DNA of 24,711 nt from NCBI GenBank assembly GCA_043750125.1, contig JAYVCD010000434.1, positions 1-24,711 on the forward strand, in the 5' to 3' direction. Every line of letters begins with the position of its first letter. Position 1 is the first letter of the stretch. A model generated the notes under the pieces. It did not search any database. It was not told the origin of the DNA and saw nothing but the letters and a program-made list of their open reading frames with translations. The stretch comes from Archangiaceae bacterium. Its GTDB lineage: Bacteria > Myxococcota > Myxococcia > Myxococcales > Myxococcaceae. The position numbers were made by a program, and so were the translations under genes. Below, piece by piece: positions 16,780 to 24,711 of this stretch.

Positions 16780-17051
16780 TCTTTGGGCGGATCTTCATCC
16801 ACCCCGGTGAACTCCCAGTTCCACGGGGAATTCGCGCCGGCCTTGAGCACCACTTCCTCTTCGTGCGCATCGCCCTTGTAGGTGACGCGAAACACGTGCT
16901 TCCCGGCGGGGAGCTTCAGGTTCAGCGGCTTTTCTCCGGTGCCTTTCTTCTTTCCGTCGATGAACAGAATGCAGGCCGCGGGCTTGAGGCCGACGACGAC
17001 GGTGGCGGGAGCCGCGTGCAGCAACAACGAAGCAGTCAGGGCAATCAACAT
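16776..17051 (-). CDS. Small secreted standalone PEGA-domain protein
   Basis: Signal-like N-terminus, then KPAACILFIDGKKKGTGEKPLNLKLPAGKHVFRVTY (PEGA pattern); alternative start 17060; stop overlaps the hydrolase start. Confidence 0.8.
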   Translation of the reverse strand: MLIALTASLLLHAAPATVVVGLKPAACILFIDGKKKGTGEKPLNLKLPAGKHVFRVTYKGDAHEEEVVLKAGANSPWNWEFTGVDEDPPKE

Positions 17052-17096
17052 GGCGCGCATCCTATGTCCGGCAAAGAGGGCCTTTCAGGCAAAACC

Positions 17097-19064
17097 TCAC
17101 AGCTTCACTGAGTACACGAAGCTGGCCTTCGGCGCCCGCAGCCACCGCTCGGTGATGCTTCCCCGAATGGCTTCCCACTCGTCCTTCGCGTCGACGTAGT
17201 CGGCCTTCAGCTTCTCGGCCCCGGCTTTGTCCCCGCGCGCCTTGATTCCCAGCACCCGCTTCTCGAGCTCGGCGGTCGCGGTCTTGAACTTCGCCAGGTC
17301 GAGCTCGACGCAGCCGAGATCCGTGCCGTTGGCGGCCTTCTCGGTCGCCTTCCACGTCAGCGCGCCCGCCTTTCGCAAAAAGCCCTGCTGAATCGAGGCA
17401 AGCTGGCTGTAGTTCTTCGGCTTCCCCTCGGGCGAATACATCCCCCGCGAGATGTGGCCAAAGCCCCAGGCGATGTCGCGCACGTGGGCCTTCTCGGATT
17501 CTTCGAGCGTGATCACCTTCTTCTCGGCCAACCAATCGGCCAGGTACATCGCCGACGTCTGCGCCTTCAGCTCTTCGAACGTCGCCGCCAGCGGACCTCC
17601 GAAGATTTCGTCGTCCTTCTTCCCGTCCACCAGGTAGTCGTCCGACGGTCCCATCTTGTGCGCCGCCTCGTGCAACACCGTGCTCATCAGCCCGCCCTTG
17701 GGAGTCGCCTCTGCCTTGGTGAACGTGGCCGCGCAGAACATCGAAGCCAACTGGTCCTTGTAGGCCGCCATGCTGTCCGCGTCGGTGTAGAGGTTCGTCA
17801 TCGCGACGGTGCGCCCGCCCTTCTCGGCGACCGGGCCCCAGTTCGGCAGCGACTGTCCGATGGTCGCCCCGTGGGGGTTGCGCTGGTCCGCCGCGTTGAG
17901 CACCACGTCGATGAAGTCGGGCAGCTTGTTGTGGCTCACATCGCGCGCCACATACGGGGCTCCGGCCATGGCCGCCAGCGCCTTTTCCAGCTCGCCCTTC
18001 ACCGGCTCGAGCTTGCGCTGCCACTCGAGACTGTCCTTGTTGATCCGCGCGAACTGCAGCGCGAAGCCCGCCTTCCACGCGCAGGGCTCGTGGTAGACCT
18101 CGTCCGGCGCGACCCGCAGGTAGTACTTCGAATTCTCCGCGCCCATCGCCACCCACGCTTCGTTCGCCGGTTCCCAGTCGTTGGTGCGAAACGCCTTCGC
18201 CGCCGCGGTGAGGTAGGCCCGAAAGGCAATCTCGGTCGACTCGAGCCCCTTCGCGGCCGACTCGAGCTCGGTGGCGATCGCGTCCATCTCTTTGCGGTAC
18301 GCGACGGTGTACGGCACGGCCTTGAAGGTGTCCTTCTTGTCCTTCTGCACCACCGAGAAGTGCCCCATCAGCTCTTTGGCATTGGGCTCTTTCTCCAGCC
18401 GGGCGCAGAACGCTTTGTCCGCCTGCAAGTCGAGCGGGTACAGGCCTGAGAGGTTCTTCGGCCGGCGCGACAGGGCGCTGCACGCCGGGTCGTTCTCGGT
18501 CTTCGGCGCCGCGCAAAACGGGCCCTGGTTGCGAAAGAAGACCGCGCGCGAGAAGTCGTCGTCCTTGGGAAGCTTTGCCAGGTGGACATCGACGCCGCTT
18601 TGCCGGGCGAAGATCTTTTCGATCAGCACCGCGATCTTTTCCATTCGCTCGACCAACGACCGGTCGGCGCCGGGAAACTCGTTCTCCACCAACGTCGGCC
18701 GCCCCTGCGACAGCTCGAGCAAAATCGCCTCGCAGCGCTTGAGCTCATCGCCCTTGCGTCCGGCGCAGGTCGACGGGCTGCTCAACCTCGCGTAGGCCAC
18801 CGCGAACTTCGGGGTGAAGCCCGTCTTGTCCACCCAGTCGGCCCGCTGGGTCGCCACGTCCGTCCACAACACCGCCAGCTCGTCGGGCTCGATCGTCTTG
18901 TTCTCGTTGGCGTCGCTGCGCCAGAACAGCGGCAGGTGGTGCTCGATCGCCCGGGTGTTGAAGTCGAGCCGGGCCACCCGGTCGTACTTCGCCGGAGCCG
19001 CAGGAACCGCCGCGGCCGCGAACGCCGAGGTCGACAACAAGGAACAGAGCAGGGGGATCTTCAT
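17097..19064 (-). CDS. Secreted zinc metallopeptidase, M49 (dipeptidyl peptidase III)-like with HEXXH motif
   Basis: Signal MKIPLLCSLLSTSAFAAA; NQGP, GLYP, AVPYTVAY, DWEPANEAWV, PDEVYHEPCAWKAGF, TIGQSLPN, LHEAAHKMGP and FEELKA follow the order of bacterial DPP III motifs. Confidence 0.8.
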   Translation of the reverse strand: MKIPLLCSLLSTSAFAAAAVPAAPAKYDRVARLDFNTRAIEHHLPLFWRSDANENKTIEPDELAVLWTDVATQRADWVDKTGFTPKFAVAYARLSSPSTCAGRKGDELKRCEAILLELSQGRPTLVENEFPGADRSLVERMEKIAVLIEKIFARQSGVDVHLAKLPKDDDFSRAVFFRNQGPFCAAPKTENDPACSALSRRPKNLSGLYPLDLQADKAFCARLEKEPNAKELMGHFSVVQKDKKDTFKAVPYTVAYRKEMDAIATELESAAKGLESTEIAFRAYLTAAAKAFRTNDWEPANEAWVAMGAENSKYYLRVAPDEVYHEPCAWKAGFALQFARINKDSLEWQRKLEPVKGELEKALAAMAGAPYVARDVSHNKLPDFIDVVLNAADQRNPHGATIGQSLPNWGPVAEKGGRTVAMTNLYTDADSMAAYKDQLASMFCAATFTKAEATPKGGLMSTVLHEAAHKMGPSDDYLVDGKKDDEIFGGPLAATFEELKAQTSAMYLADWLAEKKVITLEESEKAHVRDIAWGFGHISRGMYSPEGKPKNYSQLASIQQGFLRKAGALTWKATEKAANGTDLGCVELDLAKFKTATAELEKRVLGIKARGDKAGAEKLKADYVDAKDEWEAIRGSITERWLRAPKASFVYSVKL

Positions 19065-19101
19065 GAAAATGGGGCTAGCACGCCTTTTCGCGCCGGTAGA
19101 G

Positions 19102-19130
19102 TTGCAATAACAGAACGACCGTTCTATTAA
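19102..19130 (+). promoter_or_regulatory. Sigma70-like promoter (TTGCAA-17-TATTAA) with TetR operator palindrome in the spacer
   Basis: TTGCAA at 19102-19107, TATTAA at 19125-19130; dyad TAAcAGAACG-ac-CGTTCTaTTA at 19108-19129. Confidence 0.68.
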
Positions 19131-19141
19131 ACGCCCGTCCA

Positions 19142-19762
19142 ATGGCGCGGCCGAGAAAATCTGAAGGGCGCGACACCCGCCGGGAAATTCTCGACGCGGC
19201 GCTCGACCTCTTCGCCGCAGCCGGGTACTTCGGTACCTCGATGAGGCAAATCGCCCGTGCAGTGGGAGTGCGGGAAAGCGCGCTCTACCATCACTTTCCT
19301 TCGAAGGAAGCGATCCTCGAAGACCTGCTCGGAGAGCTTGGCCCCTCGAAGGCGCAGCAGCTGGCGGCGATCGACGTCCCCGCGTTGGTGAAGCAAATGG
19401 GAGCCGAAGGGCTGCTTCGGATTCTGCTCGAACGGATCCTCGAAGAGTGGGTCGGGCCCCGCGAGCAGAAGTTCTCCCGCATTCTGATGTCCGAGGGCGC
19501 GCGCCTCGGCGACGCGGGGCTCTTCCAGGCCCGGGCCTTCATCGAGCAGGCGCAGGCGCAGATCGTCCGGCTCTTCTCCGAGTTGGTCCGGGTGAAGGCG
19601 ATTCGCAAAGTCGACCCCCGCGCCGCGATGCTCGCGTTCATCGGCCCGCTGCTCGCGCTGCGCATGGTCCACCTCACCCTCTCCGGCAACACTCCCGACT
19701 ACCGGGGGCTCAAGCGCGACGCGGCCGCCCACTTCCAGTACTTCATTCAGACCCTCAAATAA
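19142..19762 (+). CDS. TetR/AcrR family transcriptional regulator
   Basis: MARPRK...TRREILDAALDLFAAAGYFGTSMRQIARAVGVRESALYHHFPSKEAIL. Confidence 0.95.
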   Translation: MARPRKSEGRDTRREILDAALDLFAAAGYFGTSMRQIARAVGVRESALYHHFPSKEAILEDLLGELGPSKAQQLAAIDVPALVKQMGAEGLLRILLERILEEWVGPREQKFSRILMSEGARLGDAGLFQARAFIEQAQAQIVRLFSELVRVKAIRKVDPRAAMLAFIGPLLALRMVHLTLSGNTPDYRGLKRDAAAHFQYFIQTLK

Positions 19763-19805
19763 CTTAACGAACGTTCACACAGCACTCAGCTACGAAGCGC
19801 ACCCC

Positions 19806-21101
19806 ATGGCCATCTTCAAACTCGCGGCACGAAATCTTCTCCGCAATCGCAGGCGAACGGCGATCACCCTCGCCGCGATGATCATCGGGGTCGGGGTGAT
19901 GGTCGCCCTGCGCGGCTTCATCAACGGCCAGCAAAAAGTGATCGTCGAAAACATCATCGACGGGCGGCTGGGCGCGGTGCAGGTGCATCGCACCGGCTAC
20001 GAGAAGAACGTCCTCACCTCGCCGCTGAATCTCGACATGGCAGACACCCCCGAGCTGCGCGCGAAGCTGGCGGCGATCGAAGGCGTCTGGGCGGTGGCTC
20101 CCCGCATCGAGTTCGGAGCGATGATTTCCACTCCCGACAAGGCCCCCGCTCCGGCCGACGGCAGCGCACTGGCCGAGGACCAGCAGGGGAAGACGTCGTT
20201 CTTGATCGCGATCGGAGTCGAGCCCGACGCCGAAGCGAAGGTCACTCCGCGCCGCCGGCAGCTGGTGGACCACGGTCGAATGTTTCCGAAGACCGACTCG
20301 GAAGAGGTGGTGCTCAACGCCGAGTTTGCGGTGGGCCTCGAGACCGCGATTCACGACGCGAGCCAGCCGCTGCCTCCTCTCGAGCAACGCACCGCCCTGC
20401 TCGCCGCCGACCGCGACTCGGCGCTCAACGGCGAGAACGTGGTGCTGGGCGGAACCTTTCCGACCTTCTCTCCGGGTGACAAGCGGGTCGGACTGGTGCC
20501 GCTGGGGCTCGCTCAGCGACTGCTGCGCATGGAAGGCCGGGTGACCGAGTACGCGATTGCGGTTCGGCCGGTCGAGCGGGCGGACGAGGTCCGCGACCGG
20601 ATTTCGTCCGCGCTCGGGCCCGAGTACGAAGTCCACACCTGGTCCCAGCTGTTCCCGTTCATCAAGACCCTCACCGGGACCCAGGACTTCATCTTCAGCA
20701 TCGTCTCGGGCGTCTTCCTCACCGTGGTGTTGCTGGGAATCGTCAACGCGATGCTGATGAGCGTGCTCGAGCGGACCCGGGAAATCGGAACCATGCTCGC
20801 GGTGGGAATGCGGCGTCGGCAGATCGTCTCGCTCTTCCTCGCCGAAGGCCTGGTGATCGGCCTGATCGGCGGAATCCTCGGGCTGGGGGCAGGGCTTCTC
20901 GCCGTGACCTGGCTGCACCACACCGGGATTCCATTGCCCGCTCCGGGAGCGACCGTGCCTTCCATCATTCGACCGTTCGTCACCAACCGTTTCCTGATCA
21001 GCGCCTTGATTGGAACGCCCCTCGGTGCTGCGTTGGCCACGCTCTGGCCCGCCTGGCGCGCGTCGCGCCTTCGCCCGGTAGAGGCCTTGCAATCCACATG
21101 A
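19806..21101 (+). CDS. ABC transporter permease, FtsX/LolE/MacB type (copy 1)
   Basis: LAARNLLRNRRRTAIT, TM1, large periplasmic domain, MSVLERTREIGTMLAVG, PAWRASRLRPVEAL. Confidence 0.95.
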   Translation: MAIFKLAARNLLRNRRRTAITLAAMIIGVGVMVALRGFINGQQKVIVENIIDGRLGAVQVHRTGYEKNVLTSPLNLDMADTPELRAKLAAIEGVWAVAPRIEFGAMISTPDKAPAPADGSALAEDQQGKTSFLIAIGVEPDAEAKVTPRRRQLVDHGRMFPKTDSEEVVLNAEFAVGLETAIHDASQPLPPLEQRTALLAADRDSALNGENVVLGGTFPTFSPGDKRVGLVPLGLAQRLLRMEGRVTEYAIAVRPVERADEVRDRISSALGPEYEVHTWSQLFPFIKTLTGTQDFIFSIVSGVFLTVVLLGIVNAMLMSVLERTREIGTMLAVGMRRRQIVSLFLAEGLVIGLIGGILGLGAGLLAVTWLHHTGIPLPAPGATVPSIIRPFVTNRFLISALIGTPLGAALATLWPAWRASRLRPVEALQST

Positions 21102-22321
21102 ACAGCTTCCCCAGACTCGCCGCTCGAAACGTCGGACGAAATCGTCGCCGCAGTCTGATCACCGGAATGGCGATCATCGTCTGCGTCGGGATGGTCATCC
21201 TGCTCAAGGGCTTCATCGATGGCGTCCGCAACCTGATGGTGGCCGACGTGGTCGAGGGCCGCAACGGCGCGCTCCAGGTCCACAAGAAGGGCTTCGTCGA
21301 CAACATCGAGGCCGTCCCCACCCGGATGAATGTCCCCTACACCCCCGAGCTGGTCGCGAAGATGAAGGCGGTGCCGGGAGTCATCGGCGTCACCGGGCGG
21401 CTGATGTTCAACGGGCTGATCGGCAACGGCCTGACCCAGACGATGTTCGTCGGGCGCGGGCTGGACCTCGAGCACGAAGAGGAAGCCTGCCCCCGCTCGA
21501 AGGCCTCGGTGAAGCCCGGAGGGGTCCCGCTGGTTCCCGGCGACTCGGCCGACACGCTGATCGGCTTCGAGCTCGGCGAGAGCTTCTCGATCGATCTGGG
21601 CAAGAGCGTCAACGTTCAGACCAACAGCCCCACCGGCCGCAGCAATTCGATGGACCTCAAAGTAAAAGGCTTCTCCACCTCGAGCTTTCCGTTCGAAAAC
21701 AAGCGGGTCATCACCGTTCCGCTCGCGACCGCCCAGGACCTGCTCGGGCTGAAGGGGCGGGTGACCGAATACGCGATTCGGGTCGACGACCTCTCGAAGC
21801 TCGAAGAGATCCGCCGGAACCTGCAATCGGCGCTGGGCCCGGAATACGAAGTCCACACCTGGCAGGAGCTCAACACCTTCGTCCGAGATCTGATCAACCG
21901 CCAGGACTTCATCATGGCGTTGATCGCCTTCGTGCTGTTCGTGATTGCCCTGACGGTGATCGGCAACACCATGCTGATGAGCGTGTTCGAACGGGTGCGG
22001 GAAATCGGGACCCTGCTCGCGGTGGGGGTGAAGCGCGCCCAGGTGCTGCAGCTGTTCGTGCTCGAGGCGGCAATGCTCGGAGTGCTCGGAGGCCTGGTTG
22101 GGGCCGCCGCCGGCCAGCTCGCGCTGCAGATCATCTCGGCCATCGGAATTCCCCTGATGATGCCGGGGACGTCCTCAATGGCGATGCTTCGACCCCACAC
22201 CCCCTGGGGCTACACCGCCATCGCCGTGGCGGTGGCCGTGGTGGGCGCGTTGATCGCCTCTGCCCTGCCGGCGCGCCGCGCGTCGAGGCTCAACCCTGTC
22301 GAGGCCCTGCGAAATGGTTAA
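21098..22321 (+). CDS. ABC transporter permease, FtsX/LolE/MacB type (copy 2)
   Basis: LAARNVGRNRRRSLIT, MSVFERVREIGTLLAVG, PARRASRLNPVEALR; ATGA overlap with copy 1. Confidence 0.95.
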   Translation: MNSFPRLAARNVGRNRRRSLITGMAIIVCVGMVILLKGFIDGVRNLMVADVVEGRNGALQVHKKGFVDNIEAVPTRMNVPYTPELVAKMKAVPGVIGVTGRLMFNGLIGNGLTQTMFVGRGLDLEHEEEACPRSKASVKPGGVPLVPGDSADTLIGFELGESFSIDLGKSVNVQTNSPTGRSNSMDLKVKGFSTSSFPFENKRVITVPLATAQDLLGLKGRVTEYAIRVDDLSKLEEIRRNLQSALGPEYEVHTWQELNTFVRDLINRQDFIMALIAFVLFVIALTVIGNTMLMSVFERVREIGTLLAVGVKRAQVLQLFVLEAAMLGVLGGLVGAAAGQLALQIISAIGIPLMMPGTSSMAMLRPHTPWGYTAIAVAVAVVGALIASALPARRASRLNPVEALRNG

Positions 22322-22334
22322 CCCGGAGAACACG

Positions 22335-23054
22335 ATGAGACTGCTTGCCCTGATGACGATCGCGTTGACGATGCCCGCGTTTGCTGCGGAACCCACGGTC
22401 GAAGAGCTGCTGAAGAAGTACGACTCGATCATGGGGCCGGCCAGCTTCGAGGCCGACACCACGATGAGCGCCACCCGCGAGGACGGCAGCGTTCGGACCT
22501 ACGAGATGAAGTTCCTCAAGCGGGACAACGACAAGTTCCGCCTCTGGTTCAACGCCCCCTCGTCGGTCAAAGGCCAGGAGATGCTGCGCAACGGCGAGAG
22601 CCTCTGGGTCTACCTGCCCAACCTGAAGCGCGCGACCCGCATCGCCAGCCGCGACAACTTTCAGGGCGGCGACTTCAACAACGCCGACGTGCTGCGGGTG
22701 AACTACACCACCGATTACGCCGGGACCCTGGTGCCTTCCGACATTCCCGAGACGTGGCTGCTGCAGCTGAAGGCGAAGAACCCCGACACCTCGTACGACT
22801 CGATCAAGCTGTACATCCGGAAGAAAGATCTTCAGCCGGTGAAGGGCCAGTACTTCGGCACCAGCGGCCAGATGATCCGCTCGGCCGAGTTCACCGACCA
22901 CAAGGAATTCGAGAAGGGCTACGTGCGCCCGGCGAAGGTGGTGATGAAGAACGAGCTGGTCAAGACGCGCAAGTCCGAGATGGTGATGAAGAGTCTCAAG
23001 CTCAACGTCGACCTGCCCGCCCAGCGGTTCACCCAGTCGGACCTCGGGAAGTAG
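22335..23054 (+). CDS. LolA-like periplasmic protein ('outer membrane lipoprotein-sorting protein' family)
   Basis: SD GGAG and signal MRLLALMTIALTMPAFA; FNAPSSVKGQEML, LWVYLPNLKRATRIA, FQGGDFNNAD and C-terminal LPAQRFTQSDL. Confidence 0.9.
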   Translation: MRLLALMTIALTMPAFAAEPTVEELLKKYDSIMGPASFEADTTMSATREDGSVRTYEMKFLKRDNDKFRLWFNAPSSVKGQEMLRNGESLWVYLPNLKRATRIASRDNFQGGDFNNADVLRVNYTTDYAGTLVPSDIPETWLLQLKAKNPDTSYDSIKLYIRKKDLQPVKGQYFGTSGQMIRSAEFTDHKEFEKGYVRPAKVVMKNELVKTRKSEMVMKSLKLNVDLPAQRFTQSDLGK

Positions 23055-23056
23055 CG

Positions 23057-24622
23057 ATGACGCGAACGGCGCTGATCTGCGTGGGACTGCTCGCGTTCGC
23101 AGCGCGAGGCCAGGAAAGTTCTGACGCAGGGCTCGAGCTGCAAGCCGCGGACGCGGGCCTCGAGTCCACGCCCACCGCGGTGGAACTGGTGCCCACCGTG
23201 GCGGTCGAGCCCCCCGCCGAGCCGACTTCGGGCTTTCTCCACAAGGTCGAGGCCAACGGCTACCTGTCGGTGCGCGGAGGCTTCACCCGCTCGAAGACCA
23301 ACGGGCTTATTTCTACCGAAGACCAACCCCAGCTCACCGGCCTCGCCGAGCTCAACGGGCAGCTGAAGGTCAGCTTCGTCGAGCGCAGCTTCCTGTACGC
23401 CGATGTCTCGTTGGTCGCCGCCGCTGCCGGGAACTACCGCGGCACCGACAAAGACGGGCACGAGACCATCATCGCGGATCACGACGCCGCGGCGAATCGG
23501 CCGTTGGTTTCGATCAACGAGCTCTACGCGCTGCACGAGTTCCGGCCCGAGCTCAACCTGATGCTCGGGAAGAAGCGCCTCGTCTGGGGCAGCGGCCAGG
23601 CCTACAACCCGACCGACCTGATCAACGTCCGCAAAGACCCCACCGACCCGACGTTCCAGCGCTCGGGCGCGTGGTTGGCGCGGCTCGAAGTCCCACTCGA
23701 GAAGTTCGTCATTACCGCGGTCGTTGCTCCCAGCCTTCTCAAGCAGATCAGCGGAGTTCCCCAGCAGTTCTTGATCTGGCCCGGCTGGGATCAAAAGGAC
23801 ACCCAGCTGCACTACCTGGCCGCGCTGCGTGGGTACGCGCTGATCGCCGACGCCGACATCAACCTGATGCTGTTCTATTCGAACCTCTTCGGAGATTCGT
23901 TCACCAACAAGGTGCGCCTTGGAGGCAGCTTCAGCCGCTACTTCTTCACCAACTACGAACTCCACACCGAGTTCCTGATTCAGTCGGGCAGCAGCCGGGA
24001 TTTCATCACTCCCGAATGCGTCGTCAGCGCGCAGGCCGCGCTGGCGTGCAACGGCCAGAAGGTCCCTTTCATCGGAAAGACCGAGATCGAGGGCAACAAG
24101 GTGGTTCCCAAAATCCTGGTCGGGACCCGAAGCCAATTCGACGACGAGTCCTTTCTTTCGATCGAGTATCTCTACCAGGGCGATGGCTACACCCGTTCGC
24201 AGTACCAGGACTTCGTCAATGCTCTGGACCTGGTTCAGCAGGCGAAGGCGCTCGGAGTCCCCGCCAATCAGATTCCGAACCTCAACCCGACGACCACCAC
24301 CGACGGGCTTCCCCAGCGCTTCAACTTCGAGCCGCTGGTTCAGCACTACCTGTTTCTCACCTACAGCAAGCCGCGCATCTTCGACGACTTCACCGCCCAG
24401 CTGGTCACCCTGGTCAACCTCCAGGACCTCTCGACCCTCTGGACTCCGTCGATTGCCTGGAGCACCACCGACTGGATGACGCTCTCGGTGATCGGCTTCA
24501 TTCCCGTGCGCGGCCCCGACTCGATGGCGGCGACCCAGGCCGGCACCGGGAAGCGAATTTCCGAATATCAAAACCTGCCGATGGCGTACCGCGTCCTGCT
24601 CGAGGCACGCGTCTTCTACTGA
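23057..24622 (+). CDS. Putative outer-membrane beta-barrel protein
   Basis: Signal peptide MTRTALICVGLLAFAARG; alternating amphipathic strands; INELY, LGKKRLVWGSGQAYNPTDLIN; C-terminal aromatic beta-signal-like YRVLLEARVFY. Confidence 0.78.
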   Translation: MTRTALICVGLLAFAARGQESSDAGLELQAADAGLESTPTAVELVPTVAVEPPAEPTSGFLHKVEANGYLSVRGGFTRSKTNGLISTEDQPQLTGLAELNGQLKVSFVERSFLYADVSLVAAAAGNYRGTDKDGHETIIADHDAAANRPLVSINELYALHEFRPELNLMLGKKRLVWGSGQAYNPTDLINVRKDPTDPTFQRSGAWLARLEVPLEKFVITAVVAPSLLKQISGVPQQFLIWPGWDQKDTQLHYLAALRGYALIADADINLMLFYSNLFGDSFTNKVRLGGSFSRYFFTNYELHTEFLIQSGSSRDFITPECVVSAQAALACNGQKVPFIGKTEIEGNKVVPKILVGTRSQFDDESFLSIEYLYQGDGYTRSQYQDFVNALDLVQQAKALGVPANQIPNLNPTTTTDGLPQRFNFEPLVQHYLFLTYSKPRIFDDFTAQLVTLVNLQDLSTLWTPSIAWSTTDWMTLSVIGFIPVRGPDSMAATQAGTGKRISEYQNLPMAYRVLLEARVFY

Positions 24623-24638
24623 AACCAAAAAGGGCCCC

Positions 24639-24711
24639 ATGAACCGCGTCGAACTGAAGGGCATCAAGAAGACCTACCTGCTGGGCCAGACCAAGGTCCC
24701 CGCGCTCTCGG
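24639..24711 (+). CDS. ABC transporter ATP-binding protein, LolD/MacB type (5' fragment, runs off window)
   Basis: MNRVELKGIKKTYLLGQTKVPALS is a typical LolD-type ATPase N-terminus, and it sits at the end of the permease cluster. Confidence 0.85.
   Translation, partial: MNRVELKGIKKTYLLGQTKVPALS

Noticed and set aside
22754..23056. Extended N-terminus of the barrel ORF
   Set aside because: Overlaps the LolA-like gene; the signal peptide starts at ATG 23057.
1..24711. CRISPR arrays, tRNA/rRNA, IS elements, prophage or anti-phage defence genes
   Set aside because: No regularly spaced repeats, RNA gene signatures, transposase/integrase or nuclease motifs seen; frequent CTCGAG/GTCGAC/GAGCTC words reflect codon bias.

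Overview
This is a gene-dense, GC-rich chromosomal segment that looks myxobacterial (Myxococcota), judging from the Hanks-type Ser/Thr kinase, standalone PEGA protein, giant TPR lipoprotein and PHM-like lipoprotein; that assignment is inference. I found no rRNA, tRNA, CRISPR array or mobile element. Left to right it contains: (1) a Tat-exported amidohydrolase converging on a His-rich MerC-domain membrane protein that has a Fur-family-like TGCAA-N5-TTGCA box upstream; (2) a minus-strand run of membrane Ser/Thr kinase, coiled-coil protein and a 1262-aa TPR/DUF3857/transglutaminase-like lipoprotein lacking the catalytic Cys; (3) an apparently collapsed TetR operon with tandem operators, a 12-codon mini-ORF and an internally deleted MFS gene; (4) a UDG-family gene, a membrane diguanylate cyclase, and a TetR followed by a heme-c/copper type II monooxygenase lipoprotein; (5) a minus-strand secreted-enzyme cluster (M49-like peptidase, PEGA protein, class C beta-lactamase-like hydrolase, small Cys-rich lipoprotein, RoxA-like di-heme lipoprotein); (6) a TetR-linked Lol/MacB-like trans-envelope system (two FtsX/LolE permeases, LolA-like protein, outer-membrane barrel, truncated ABC ATPase). 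The best candidates for uncharacterised biology are the heme-c-fused copper monooxygenase, the RoxA-like/hydrolase/small-lipoprotein module and the Lol-like system with its own barrel. All family calls come from reading motifs by eye, not from database searches.
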